Shown piece by piece: positions 55,260-63,482 of a stretch of DNA of 64,000 nucleotides. Within the stretch, counting starts at the first letter, position 1. Each line of letters starts with the position of its first letter. A program made the position numbers and the translations under genes. The stretch spans positions 864,001-928,000 of the forward strand of contig CAVYGN010000001.1 of assembly GCA_963768055.1 (NCBI GenBank), in the 5' to 3' direction. The notes under the pieces were generated by a model that worked only from the letters and a program-made list of their open reading frames with translations, was not told the DNA's origin and ran no database searches. This DNA comes from an uncultured Spirochaetota bacterium. GTDB lineage: Bacteria > Spirochaetota > Brevinematia > Brevinematales > JAOACQ01.

Positions 55260-55393
55260 GGGGCACCTCTAATAACCGCCTTTTCACCGGACAAGCCGGT
55301 ACAAGCAAGGCGGATAGGTAGTGCCCATAGGGCGGATAAATTATAATCATAAAGCAAAATGTTTGCAATATCACCTCTTATTAGAGCCGCCCT
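55260..55393 (-). mobile_element. MITE-like family I, copy F
   Basis: Minus strand reads agggcggctctaat ... ccgccctatgggcactacct ... aaaaggcggttattagaggtgcccc; core shared with copies C and D. Confidence 0.8.
55340..55368 (-). promoter_or_regulatory. Consensus-like sigma-70 promoter inside MITE copy F
   Basis: Minus strand TTGCAA-N17-TATAAT, pointing through the element's hairpins toward the MCP genes. Confidence 0.55.
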
Positions 55394-55430
55394 TAATATT
55401 ATTGTATGAAAAATTGTAAATTATATCAAA

Positions 55431-56063
55431 CTATTTAGGTTTTATGAACAAAGTTTTAACGTTTTGTTTTATAATAATCCCGATCTTTTCTTCATCGAGA
55501 ACTGTCCCGGCCTTTAAAAGAACGTTTCCCTCAGGCGATAATACCGGAATTCCAAGTTCCATTCCGGCTTTCAGTTCCGAGGCTTCCAATTTTTGGAATG
55601 ATGATATCTGACCGGCCGTATTAGGGGAAGAGGCTCCTTGTACCGACCCGTTTTCGAGGGTCTTAACCGATAATTCGGCTTCTGTAACATTTAACAGGGC
55701 GGTAATTTTATTAAGAAGCTTCCCCGGGTCTATCGGCTTTAGAAGGTAAGACTGGGCGCCTATATTGTGGGCCTCCTCTACATCCTTTGCAGCGCTGGAC
55801 ATGGTTGTTATTATTACAGGAATATGGGCTGTAGAGGGGTAAGCCCTGATTTTTTTTAGAATTTCAAGACCATTATAATCGGGCAGGTTGAGATCCAGAA
55901 GGATAAGATCCGGCGGCGAACTGATCGCGGCTGCAAGACCGCTCTGGGCATCGGCCGCTTCTATGAATTCAATATTAAAATTCCTCAGGTTCTCCCTAAT
56001 GCTCTTTCTGGCGATCGTACTATCGTCTATTATCAGGGTTCTGATCGAAATTATTCTCTTCAT
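55431..56063 (-). CDS. Response regulator (REC) with a small C-terminal LxxGM module
   Basis: ATG at 56063 after GAGGGGAG; LIIDDS, LILLDLNLP, YLLKP; C-terminal ELKAGMELG...VLLKAGTVLD. Confidence 0.85.
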   Translation of the reverse strand: MKRIISIRTLIIDDSTIARKSIRENLRNFNIEFIEAADAQSGLAAAISSPPDLILLDLNLPDYNGLEILKKIRAYPSTAHIPVIITTMSSAAKDVEEAHNIGAQSYLLKPIDPGKLLNKITALLNVTEAELSVKTLENGSVQGASSPNTAGQISSFQKLEASELKAGMELGIPVLSPEGNVLLKAGTVLDEEKIGIIIKQNVKTLFIKPK

Positions 56064-56076
56064 GGAAGATCTCCCC

Positions 56077-56940
56077 TCAATCGAATATAACTGTTTTATT
56101 ACCAAAGACCAATGTTTTGTTTTCAAGATGGTACTTAACTGCCCTTGCAAGCACTGTTTTTTCAAGTTCCTGCCCCTTGCATATCAGGTCTTCGAGCGAA
56201 TCGCGATGACTGACCCGCAGAACATCCTGGTCGATGATCGGGCCGTTATCAAGCTCTTCCGTGACATAATGGCTTGTCGCCCCGATGACCTTAACACCCC
56301 TTCTATAAGCCTGGTGGTAGGGTTTTGCTCCTACAAATGCCGGCAGGAAGGAATGATGAATATTGATAATCCGGCTGGGGTACCGGCTTATAAAATTGCC
56401 GCTTAAAACCTGCATATACCTGGCAAGGACCACGAGGTCGATCGATAGTTTTTCAAGGATCATCAGCTCATCTGTTTCGGTTTCTTCTTTTGATCCATCC
56501 AATAGAGAAAAGACCCTGTATTCTATACCGAAATAATCGGCGACCGGCTTCAAATCGGGATGATTGCTGATGATAATGGGAATTTCCGCTCTTATTTCAC
56601 CCGATTTATTTTTAAGAAGAATGTCATATAAGCAATGATCTAATTTTGAAACAAAAACCGCGATCTTCGGAATGACGCTTGAAAAAAGCAGTCTGAAATT
56701 CATCGAAAACTTTTCGGCAAGAACAGAGAATTCCTCCCTGATCCTCTCCCTGGATATAATAAATTCATCAAGTTCCCATTCAATTCGCATAAAAAAAGTG
56801 CCGCTGTCAAAATCCGTATGCTGGTCCGAATGAATTATATTGCCTTTATTGTTAAAAATAAAATTTGAGACTCCTGCAACGATTCCCTTTGTATCGGGGC
56901 ATGATAAGAGCAATATAGCGGTATCTTTTTTCGGGGCCAT
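56077..56940 (-). CDS. purU: Formyltetrahydrofolate deformylase
   Basis: ACT domain CPDTKGIV, LARYMQVL, INIHHSFLPAF, GVKVIGATSH. Confidence 0.97.
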   Translation of the reverse strand: MAPKKDTAILLLSCPDTKGIVAGVSNFIFNNKGNIIHSDQHTDFDSGTFFMRIEWELDEFIISRERIREEFSVLAEKFSMNFRLLFSSVIPKIAVFVSKLDHCLYDILLKNKSGEIRAEIPIIISNHPDLKPVADYFGIEYRVFSLLDGSKEETETDELMILEKLSIDLVVLARYMQVLSGNFISRYPSRIINIHHSFLPAFVGAKPYHQAYRRGVKVIGATSHYVTEELDNGPIIDQDVLRVSHRDSLEDLICKGQELEKTVLARAVKYHLENKTLVFGNKTVIFD

Positions 56941-56955
56941 TATTATAAACCCCCT

Positions 56956-58716
56956 CTATCCATCGACGAAAAAGTAGGATTCGTAAACATCCGGGAAATT
57001 CTTCTTTAAATCCTCCATTAAGAGCGCCTCAATTTCCGATGCGGTTGACATTTTCCTCGCCTTTTTCCACAGTTCCTCGGCTTCCGATATTTTGGATTTC
57101 AGTATGATCGATTTAACAAGCGGTATATATGTTGGATTTATACTGAAAATTCTTAAGCCAAGACCCAGAAGCAGCCTTATAAATAAAGGATTTCTGGCAA
57201 TTTCCCCGCATACCGATACTTGTTTATGATTGATATTGGCGTTCTTGACCGTAAATCGGATCAGCATAAGGACCGCGGGGTTAAGTGGCTGGTAGTACTC
57301 CGCTACAACCTGGTTATTCCTGTCCACTGCAAGCGTATACTGTACAAGGTCGTTTGTACCGATACTGAAGAAATCGACCTCTTTTGCCAGCTGATTCGAA
57401 AGCATCGCGGCTGACGGTATTTCGATCATAATACCTATCGGGATATGATATTTGAAAGGCTTGCCTTCGTGCTTGATCTCATCCTCGCATTCCTCGAATA
57501 TTTTCTTTACCTTTCTGACCTCGTCAATACTCGATATCATCGGGATCATAATTTTTATATTATCGTTAAAAACGCTTGCCCTGATTATTGCTCTGAGCTG
57601 CTGCTTGAATTTTTCAACCTCTTTCAGAAATACCCTGATGGACCTCCAGCCAAGGAAAGGATTCGGGTCCTTGTTCTTCTTGTCGCCTATGAATTTATCG
57701 CCGCCCATATCAAGTGTGCGTATCACAACCTCCTTGTCATGGAAGAGCAGGAGATACTCCTTGTATAATTCAAACTGTTCGTTTTCATTGAGGAATTTTT
57801 CATTGGCTATAAACACAAGTTCGGTGCGAAGAAGGCCGATCCCTGCCGCGCCATGGCGGCGGGCAATGTTTAATTCCATTGAATTGGAAACGTTTGCGCA
57901 TAACTTAATATCATAGCCGTCCAGGGTCCGTGAGGGAAGGCTTACAACACTGAATATTTCTTTTTCTTTGAGGTTGTAGTTATTCTGGAGGTGAATGTAA
58001 TCATTGACTGTTCCCTCATCAGGATTGACTATAACTATGCCTTTATAACCGTCCACGATTATTTTATCGCCCTTTTTAACATAATTAAGGATGTCGTTTA
58101 TTCCGAAGACAGCGGGAATTTCGAGTGATTCTACGATTATAGCGGCATGGGATGTGGTGCTGCCGGATTCTGTGGCTATGCCCCTTACAAATTCCTTGGG
58201 GATATGGAGGACTTCAGCGGGAGAGATCTCTTCAGCAACAATGATTACCGGTGCGCTGATCGATAAAAGATCGATATCGCCGTATATTTTTCTTATTATT
58301 CTGTCGGCTATCACCTTAAAATCCAGGAACCGGCTCTGAAAATACTCTCCTTCGAGCTTATCGAATTGTTTTTTCAGTAAATCGAGCTCAAAAACCAGGG
58401 CGACATCGGCAGGATAAGAATCGCTTTTTATCCTTTCGACTATGTTTTTCAAAAAAAAGTCTTCTTTCATCAATACTTCGTAATAATCGACGATCTTTTC
58501 ATGCTCGTTGGCCAGAGGGTTGGAAAGGTTGGTTTTAAGATGGCCGATTTCAAGCCTGACTTCATCACTGGCTTTTTTATATTTCGCTATCTCCGTTTCT
58601 TTTTCCGAGTCGTCTTCCATTCTTGTAAACCTGATCAATTTTGTCACGTCATAACGAATGAGAATATCGCAGACAGCTATTCCTTTTGAGATTGGAATAC
58701 CCCTTAGAAGATACAT
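56956..58716 (-). CDS. ptsI: PEP-protein phosphotransferase (PTS enzyme I)
   Basis: TSHAAI, GIGLLRTE, RTLDMGGDK, NPFLGWR, SIGTNDL, VCGE; ATG after AAGGAG. Confidence 0.93.
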   Translation of the reverse strand: MYLLRGIPISKGIAVCDILIRYDVTKLIRFTRMEDDSEKETEIAKYKKASDEVRLEIGHLKTNLSNPLANEHEKIVDYYEVLMKEDFFLKNIVERIKSDSYPADVALVFELDLLKKQFDKLEGEYFQSRFLDFKVIADRIIRKIYGDIDLLSISAPVIIVAEEISPAEVLHIPKEFVRGIATESGSTTSHAAIIVESLEIPAVFGINDILNYVKKGDKIIVDGYKGIVIVNPDEGTVNDYIHLQNNYNLKEKEIFSVVSLPSRTLDGYDIKLCANVSNSMELNIARRHGAAGIGLLRTELVFIANEKFLNENEQFELYKEYLLLFHDKEVVIRTLDMGGDKFIGDKKNKDPNPFLGWRSIRVFLKEVEKFKQQLRAIIRASVFNDNIKIMIPMISSIDEVRKVKKIFEECEDEIKHEGKPFKYHIPIGIMIEIPSAAMLSNQLAKEVDFFSIGTNDLVQYTLAVDRNNQVVAEYYQPLNPAVLMLIRFTVKNANINHKQVSVCGEIARNPLFIRLLLGLGLRIFSINPTYIPLVKSIILKSKISEAEELWKKARKMSTASEIEALLMEDLKKNFPDVYESYFFVDG

Positions 58717-58803
58717 TCGAACTCCTTGCATGAATTGAAACCGGAAATAATATCAGACTATAAAAGTTTAAACAAAATTTTAAATTTAATCAACTGATAA
58801 GAA

Positions 58804-58926
58804 GAAGTTTGGCCTGTTATTTTAAAGGTTACCTGTTCCCGGGAAGGATTTGTTGCCCAAAGTTCGGGCCGGCCCGGGTCTTGCCCGTACCCGTCCAATA
58901 GCATGCTCCGTTGCCGTCGAGGCTTC
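58804..58926. ncRNA. Putative structured RNA or leader of unassigned class
   Basis: GC-rich island in an AT-rich intergenic; nested pairings GAAGTTTGGC/GTCGAGGCTTC, TGTTATT/AATAGCA, CCCGGG/CCCGGG, GCCC/GGGC. Confidence 0.4.
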
Positions 58927-58948
58927 GCGGAAGATATTAAATGTGAAT

Positions 58949-58977
58949 TTGACAATAGTGATCTTTTATTTTAATCT
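58949..58977 (+). promoter_or_regulatory. Candidate sigma-70 promoter for fabD
   Basis: TTGACA-N17-TAATCT. Confidence 0.45.
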
Positions 58978-59004
58978 ATTATCCTGTTTTTTACAGGAGC
59001 TGCT

Positions 59005-59898
59005 ATGAAGGCGTTTTTATTCCCGGGGCAGGGTTCCCAGAAAGTCGGAATGGGGAAAGACCTCGTAGAGGAATTTCCAATCGCTGAAGAAATTTACAAA
59101 AAGGCTGACGAAATACTGAGTTTTTCTTTGTCAAATATCTCCTTTGAAGGGCCTGAAGAAGAATTGATGAAGACACAGAATGCCCAGCTGGCGATCCTGA
59201 CATACAGTCACATCGCCGCGCTTCTCGTGCTCAAGAAAACCGGATTGCCTGAATACACAGCCGGCCTTTCCCTTGGAGAGTTTTCAGCCCTTCTCGCAGC
59301 CGGGGTACTGTCATTTGAAGACGCCCTGCTCGTAGTAAAAAAGAGGGGGGAACTTATGGCTTCCGCCGATCCGGAAGGCAAAGGCGGAATGGCGGCCGTG
59401 ATGGGGCTTGATGACGAAACAGTCAAACGGGTATGCGAAGAAGTGTCGAAAGAAAAATATGTAACCGCAGTAAATTTCAACTGCCCGGGACAGGTCGTCA
59501 TATCAGGGCTCAAGGAAGGAATTTCCCTCGCCGAAGCCAGGCTAACTGAAGCAGGGGCTAGAAGAGTAATAAGGCTCAATGTCAGCGGCGCATTTCATTC
59601 GGAATTAATGGCGGGCGCAGCGGAGGAATTTAGCCGCTTCATTGGGGATATCCGATTCAATAAACCTAAATGCAAGGTTGTTTCCAATGTAACAGCCCGG
59701 CTCGAGGATGAAACCAATGCAAGGGAACTGCTGGTCAGGCAATTGAAGAGTCCGGTGCTCTGGACCGATTCTATTAATTTCCTGAAGAGCCGGAATGTTA
59801 AGGAAGCGGTGGAGATCGGATTCGGAAATTCCGTATCAGGCCTTGTAAAAAAGATTGATCCGAACATGAAAATCAGTTCCTGGAACCAGGTTATTTAA
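59005..59898 (+). CDS. fabD: Malonyl-CoA:ACP transacylase
   Basis: FPGQGSQ, GLSLGE, NFNCPGQVV, VSGAFHS, QLKSPVLW. Confidence 0.96.
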   Translation: MKAFLFPGQGSQKVGMGKDLVEEFPIAEEIYKKADEILSFSLSNISFEGPEEELMKTQNAQLAILTYSHIAALLVLKKTGLPEYTAGLSLGEFSALLAAGVLSFEDALLVVKKRGELMASADPEGKGGMAAVMGLDDETVKRVCEEVSKEKYVTAVNFNCPGQVVISGLKEGISLAEARLTEAGARRVIRLNVSGAFHSELMAGAAEEFSRFIGDIRFNKPKCKVVSNVTARLEDETNARELLVRQLKSPVLWTDSINFLKSRNVKEAVEIGFGNSVSGLVKKIDPNMKISSWNQVI

Positions 59899-59936
59899 AT
59901 ATACCTGAATTTCATTATATCAAAAAATAAAGTTCG

Positions 59937-59995
59937 AAACCACAGATGTCACAGATTGCACAGATACTGGATTTAATCTGTGTAATCTGTGGTTT
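59937..59995. repeat. Inverted 9-bp-period tandem array (CACAGAT x3 / ATCTGTG x2)
   Basis: aaaccacagatgtcacagattgcacagat ... aatctgtgtaatctgtggttt. Confidence 0.8.
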
Positions 59996-60074
59996 TCCGA
60001 AATTGATAGTTTCGATATCCAAAGTTTAGTTTAAATATTAAAAAAAGCTTAATATTCAAATATAGGAGTTTAAA

Positions 60075-60539
60075 ATGGCTGAAAACGAAGAAAAAAAGGT
60101 TCTTGACATCATCGATATTATGAAGCATATTCCACACCGGTATCCGTTTTTACTGGTGGACAGGGTCACTGAAATAACCCCTTCCGGGGGCAAGGGTTAT
60201 AAGAATGTGACTATCAATGAGAATTATTTCCAGGGCCATTTTCCGGGCAGGCCGATAATGCCCGGCGTGCTTATCATAGAAGGCATGGCCCAGTGCGGCG
60301 GTTATATAGCGCTGAAACTCCTGGAAAAAGACCAGAGCAACATAAAAGATATGCTTATATTTTTTATGATGATCGATAATGCCAAGTTCAGGAGGCCCGT
60401 GCTTCCCGGAGACAGGCTCGATTATGAAATTGAGATCCTGAAACTCACAGCCCGCCTCCTTAAAATCAGAGGCGTCGGAAAAGTGGACGGCGAGGTTGCC
60501 GCAGAGGCTGATATGACTGCCATGCTCACGCCTAAATAA
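60075..60539 (+). CDS. fabZ: 3-hydroxyacyl-ACP dehydratase
   Basis: IPHRYPFLLVD, FQGHFP..PIMPGVL..E.MAQ, KFRRPV.PGD. Confidence 0.97.
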   Translation: MAENEEKKVLDIIDIMKHIPHRYPFLLVDRVTEITPSGGKGYKNVTINENYFQGHFPGRPIMPGVLIIEGMAQCGGYIALKLLEKDQSNIKDMLIFFMMIDNAKFRRPVLPGDRLDYEIEILKLTARLLKIRGVGKVDGEVAAEADMTAMLTPK

Positions 60540-60605
60540 ACGATAATTTAAGCGCCCCTAAAAGGGCGAAGAACTGCCTCTGAAAAATTGTGTTTAAAAT
60601 TTCCC

Positions 60606-60870
60606 GTCCTTTACTGCCGGATTCAAAATAATATACGGTTTAGAATGGAGTCAATTTTTATCCCGCATTTATGAAGAAAATGTAGAACTGCCATCGAAAA
60701 AAGGCGAAAGCCCCGCCTTCATCATTATTTTTTTTAATTTTACTAAAATTAAAAAAAAAATCCAAATAAGGAGGGCGGGACCGCCTTATTGAGATGATGC
60801 AGTTCGAGTTTTCAAACCCAGCGGGATAAAAATTGACTCCAGAAAAGCCGGATGTTTTTTGAACGGCCCC
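60606..60870. repeat. Long palindromic element, family III, copy 2
   Basis: Perfect IR ggagtcaatttttatcccgc (60647-60666) / gcgggataaaaattgactcc (60821-60840), further nested stems, AT-rich centre. Confidence 0.85.
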
Positions 60871-60873
60871 TCC

Positions 60874-60902
60874 TTGATATTAATCCGATCCCGCGTTACA
60901 AT
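60874..60902 (+). promoter_or_regulatory. Candidate sigma-70 promoter
   Basis: TTGATA-N17-TACAAT. Confidence 0.5.
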
Positions 60903-60931
60903 AAAACATCCTGATATGCGGGTATTTTAAA

Positions 60932-61834
60932 GTGAAAAAGGGTTTAATACTATATATCTTCATGCTGTCGTTGTATGCATGTTCCGGAGAAAACAGGATA
61001 AAAATCGAAAACTTAAGCGGCGGCAATCAAAAAATCACGATCCAGAGAGGTGGCGATACTACACCGGTAATGGAGATCCGGTACGATGGAGAAAGAACCG
61101 GTTTGGATTTCTTTACCAGGTTTGTCGACAGGTCCCTTATTTGTTTCTATAAGTATATGGGAGATAAAAACAGGAACGTTACTTACCGCATACCCTACGA
61201 TTCAGATTATTACAGGCTTTTTTATTCTATAGGTTTGCACCTTCTTTCAGGCTGGAAAAACGAACTCTTTAAATACGGGGTGATTGAACTGGAATGGAGA
61301 AATTTATTATCCGGCTTTAAAAACGAACCTTTTTTCAGCGATAAAGAAATTAAAAGCCAATACGGCAAATATTTCCGTATCCAGGATATAGACGATGTAA
61401 TGGTAAAGCACATAATGAAACCCGATGACGCCGTTATGATCAATCCTTATGCCGTTAATTTCCTCTTAAAAGAAATATCCTTTATCTCGATCCAGGAGTT
61501 TTTTTCAAGACAGGACAGGTACTATAGCCCGGGAGATTTAGACAGCGTTTTTACAAGAATGACAGTCATACCCGAATCATCCGAATTTACCCGGTTTGTA
61601 TTGAATAAATTCGGCAGGGAAAGACTTTTAAATCTTGCTTCAATTGAATTCAGCAATGAAACATGGCTGAATCTGACCGACGAAAAGATAAACGAAACGG
61701 AGAGTTCTTTCTCAAAAAGTATTGAAAACTATAACTTTACAGGGGTTTTTAAAAACACTGATTTTACCAACGAACTATACGGTATTTTAAAGATTTATAA
61801 TAAAAATACAAAAAAAACACTTTTCAGGAAATAG
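60932..61834 (+). CDS. Hypothetical lipoprotein
   Basis: MKKGLILYIFMLSLYAC lipobox. Confidence 0.65.
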   Translation: MKKGLILYIFMLSLYACSGENRIKIENLSGGNQKITIQRGGDTTPVMEIRYDGERTGLDFFTRFVDRSLICFYKYMGDKNRNVTYRIPYDSDYYRLFYSIGLHLLSGWKNELFKYGVIELEWRNLLSGFKNEPFFSDKEIKSQYGKYFRIQDIDDVMVKHIMKPDDAVMINPYAVNFLLKEISFISIQEFFSRQDRYYSPGDLDSVFTRMTVIPESSEFTRFVLNKFGRERLLNLASIEFSNETWLNLTDEKINETESSFSKSIENYNFTGVFKNTDFTNELYGILKIYNKNTKKTLFRK

Positions 61835-61843
61835 GAGTTTATA

Positions 61844-62848
61844 ATGACAGATGAGAAAACAAGCGGTAAAATCCTGACTGCCCTGCTCGTGATTTCAATT
61901 ATAGCCGGAATAATCCTGCTTACTGTGTTTCCAATCAGGGGGGCTAAAAAAGACGGCGCCCTGAAAATCGAAAAAACAGGGGAGCTGATCAATTCCGCCG
62001 CTTATCCGGCTAATACCATCGCAGTTTTAAACATATTTTCACCCATAACATACAGCGACAGCGGGGATTATTTCGGGTTTTCGAGAACCGGTGCGATCTA
62101 CTGGGTAGACCTGTTAAAATCGGTAGAAGATAACCCAAACGTCAAGGCTGTTATTTTAAGGATCAATTCACCCGGCGGGACGGTGGCTGCCACTCAGGAG
62201 GTTTATAACGAGGTAAAACGCCTGAAGGAGAAAGGCAAGATTGTAACCGTTTCAATGGGGGACATTGCCGCTTCCGGAGCCTATTACATATCCAGCGCTG
62301 CAGATTATATCGTTGCAAATCCGGGAAGCATTGTAGGCAGTATCGGTGTTATAACCGCCGGCCTGGATTTAAGCGATCTTTTTAAAAAGATAGGTATCGG
62401 ATACAATGTAATAAAAAGCGGTAAAAATAAGGATATAATGTCGGGTTACAGGAAAATGACTGATGAAGAAAGGGAGATCCTTACCCAGCTTATAATGGAC
62501 GCGTACAGCCAATTTTTCCAGGCGGTATCGACCGGCAGGCATATCAGCCCTGAAAATCTTCAACCGATTGCCGACGGCAGGATTTTTACGGGGAGACAGG
62601 CTCAGAAAATCAAGCTCGTCGATGAAACCGGAGATTTTGAGGATACTGTTAAAATAACGGCAAAGATGTCGAAAATAACCGGAACACCTAACGTAGTCGA
62701 ACTCAGGGCCGATGTCAATAATTTTTTTAAATTTTTAACTTCGATGGGTTTTGTGCCCGTTAAAAATGAGAAGCTTACTCTGATTAAAACTCCGCTGGAT
62801 GATCTCGATACAGGCATGAGTCCCGTATATTACCTGTACGCCTATTAA
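61844..62848 (+). CDS. sppA: Signal peptide peptidase SppA (S49)
   Basis: LRINSPGG, AASGAYY, GSIGV, KSGKNKD, DGRIFTGRQA. Confidence 0.95.
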   Translation: MTDEKTSGKILTALLVISIIAGIILLTVFPIRGAKKDGALKIEKTGELINSAAYPANTIAVLNIFSPITYSDSGDYFGFSRTGAIYWVDLLKSVEDNPNVKAVILRINSPGGTVAATQEVYNEVKRLKEKGKIVTVSMGDIAASGAYYISSAADYIVANPGSIVGSIGVITAGLDLSDLFKKIGIGYNVIKSGKNKDIMSGYRKMTDEEREILTQLIMDAYSQFFQAVSTGRHISPENLQPIADGRIFTGRQAQKIKLVDETGDFEDTVKITAKMSKITGTPNVVELRADVNNFFKFLTSMGFVPVKNEKLTLIKTPLDDLDTGMSPVYYLYAY

Positions 62849-62859
62849 TAGGAGTTTAT

Positions 62860-63465
62860 ATGGATTTCTTTAACTATATATCTTTTTTGCCCAGGATCTT
62901 TTTTCATCCCCTTAAGAGCTATACCAGGCTGCTTGAAGAATTCAGGGGGGGGAAAGGGGCTAACATAATTTTGTATTCAGCGGGAGTCTCTATTGTCGGC
63001 AATATCTGCCTTTCGATTTCAAATAAACTCAACGGGGGCAGAGGGGGCGGAAGCGTTTACTTAATCCTGACGGATTTGCTTATCTATATGCTGATCATAG
63101 GGTTAGGATATTTGTTCAGCCTGGCTTTGATTTATTTCATCCTTTCTCTTATGGGAAGGAAAATTGAACCGGGGGAATTCATCGCCCTTTTCTTATCTTC
63201 GGATTTTTTATTCGTGATAACCCTCCCCGTTTCGATCATCCTATTATTTTTCCCGGCGGTTTTACCCTTGTTCTCGGGTTTGATCTTAATTATTATTTTT
63301 ATCATGAGCATAGTATTAAAAATAAGGGCAATAACCCTTTGTTCGTCTGTAAGTAATTTCGGTTCAGCCGCGCTCTTCTTCACTCCGCTGCTATATATAC
63401 TCTTTTCCGTGATCATAGGCGCCGTATATGGGGTGCTAAGCGTTTACAAGCTCCTTACCTATTAA
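62860..63465 (+). CDS. Yip1-like multi-TM membrane protein
   Basis: IFFHP N-terminus followed by five hydrophobic segments. Confidence 0.55.
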   Translation: MDFFNYISFLPRIFFHPLKSYTRLLEEFRGGKGANIILYSAGVSIVGNICLSISNKLNGGRGGGSVYLILTDLLIYMLIIGLGYLFSLALIYFILSLMGRKIEPGEFIALFLSSDFLFVITLPVSIILLFFPAVLPLFSGLILIIIFIMSIVLKIRAITLCSSVSNFGSAALFFTPLLYILFSVIIGAVYGVLSVYKLLTY

Positions 63466-63482
63466 TTTCCGGAGGTAAAAGC

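Noticed and set aside
58758..58955. 65-aa minus-strand ORF, or a tmRNA / HDV-like ribozyme reading of this region
   Set aside because: No RBS or protein-like features; no tRNA-like ends or Ala-Ala tag; the HDV-like words GGCCGGC and TGGGCAACA are too close together to form the fold.
59005..59898. FabD GLSLG instead of GHSLG; also TrxA WCTPC and Ugd NSEFLREG variants
   Set aside because: The catalytic Ser/Cys residues are intact; plausible ordinary variation.
60551..60568. Seventh MITE family I end (agcgccc) after fabZ
   Set aside because: No matching partner end or core; better explained as a small hairpin cgccc/gggcg.
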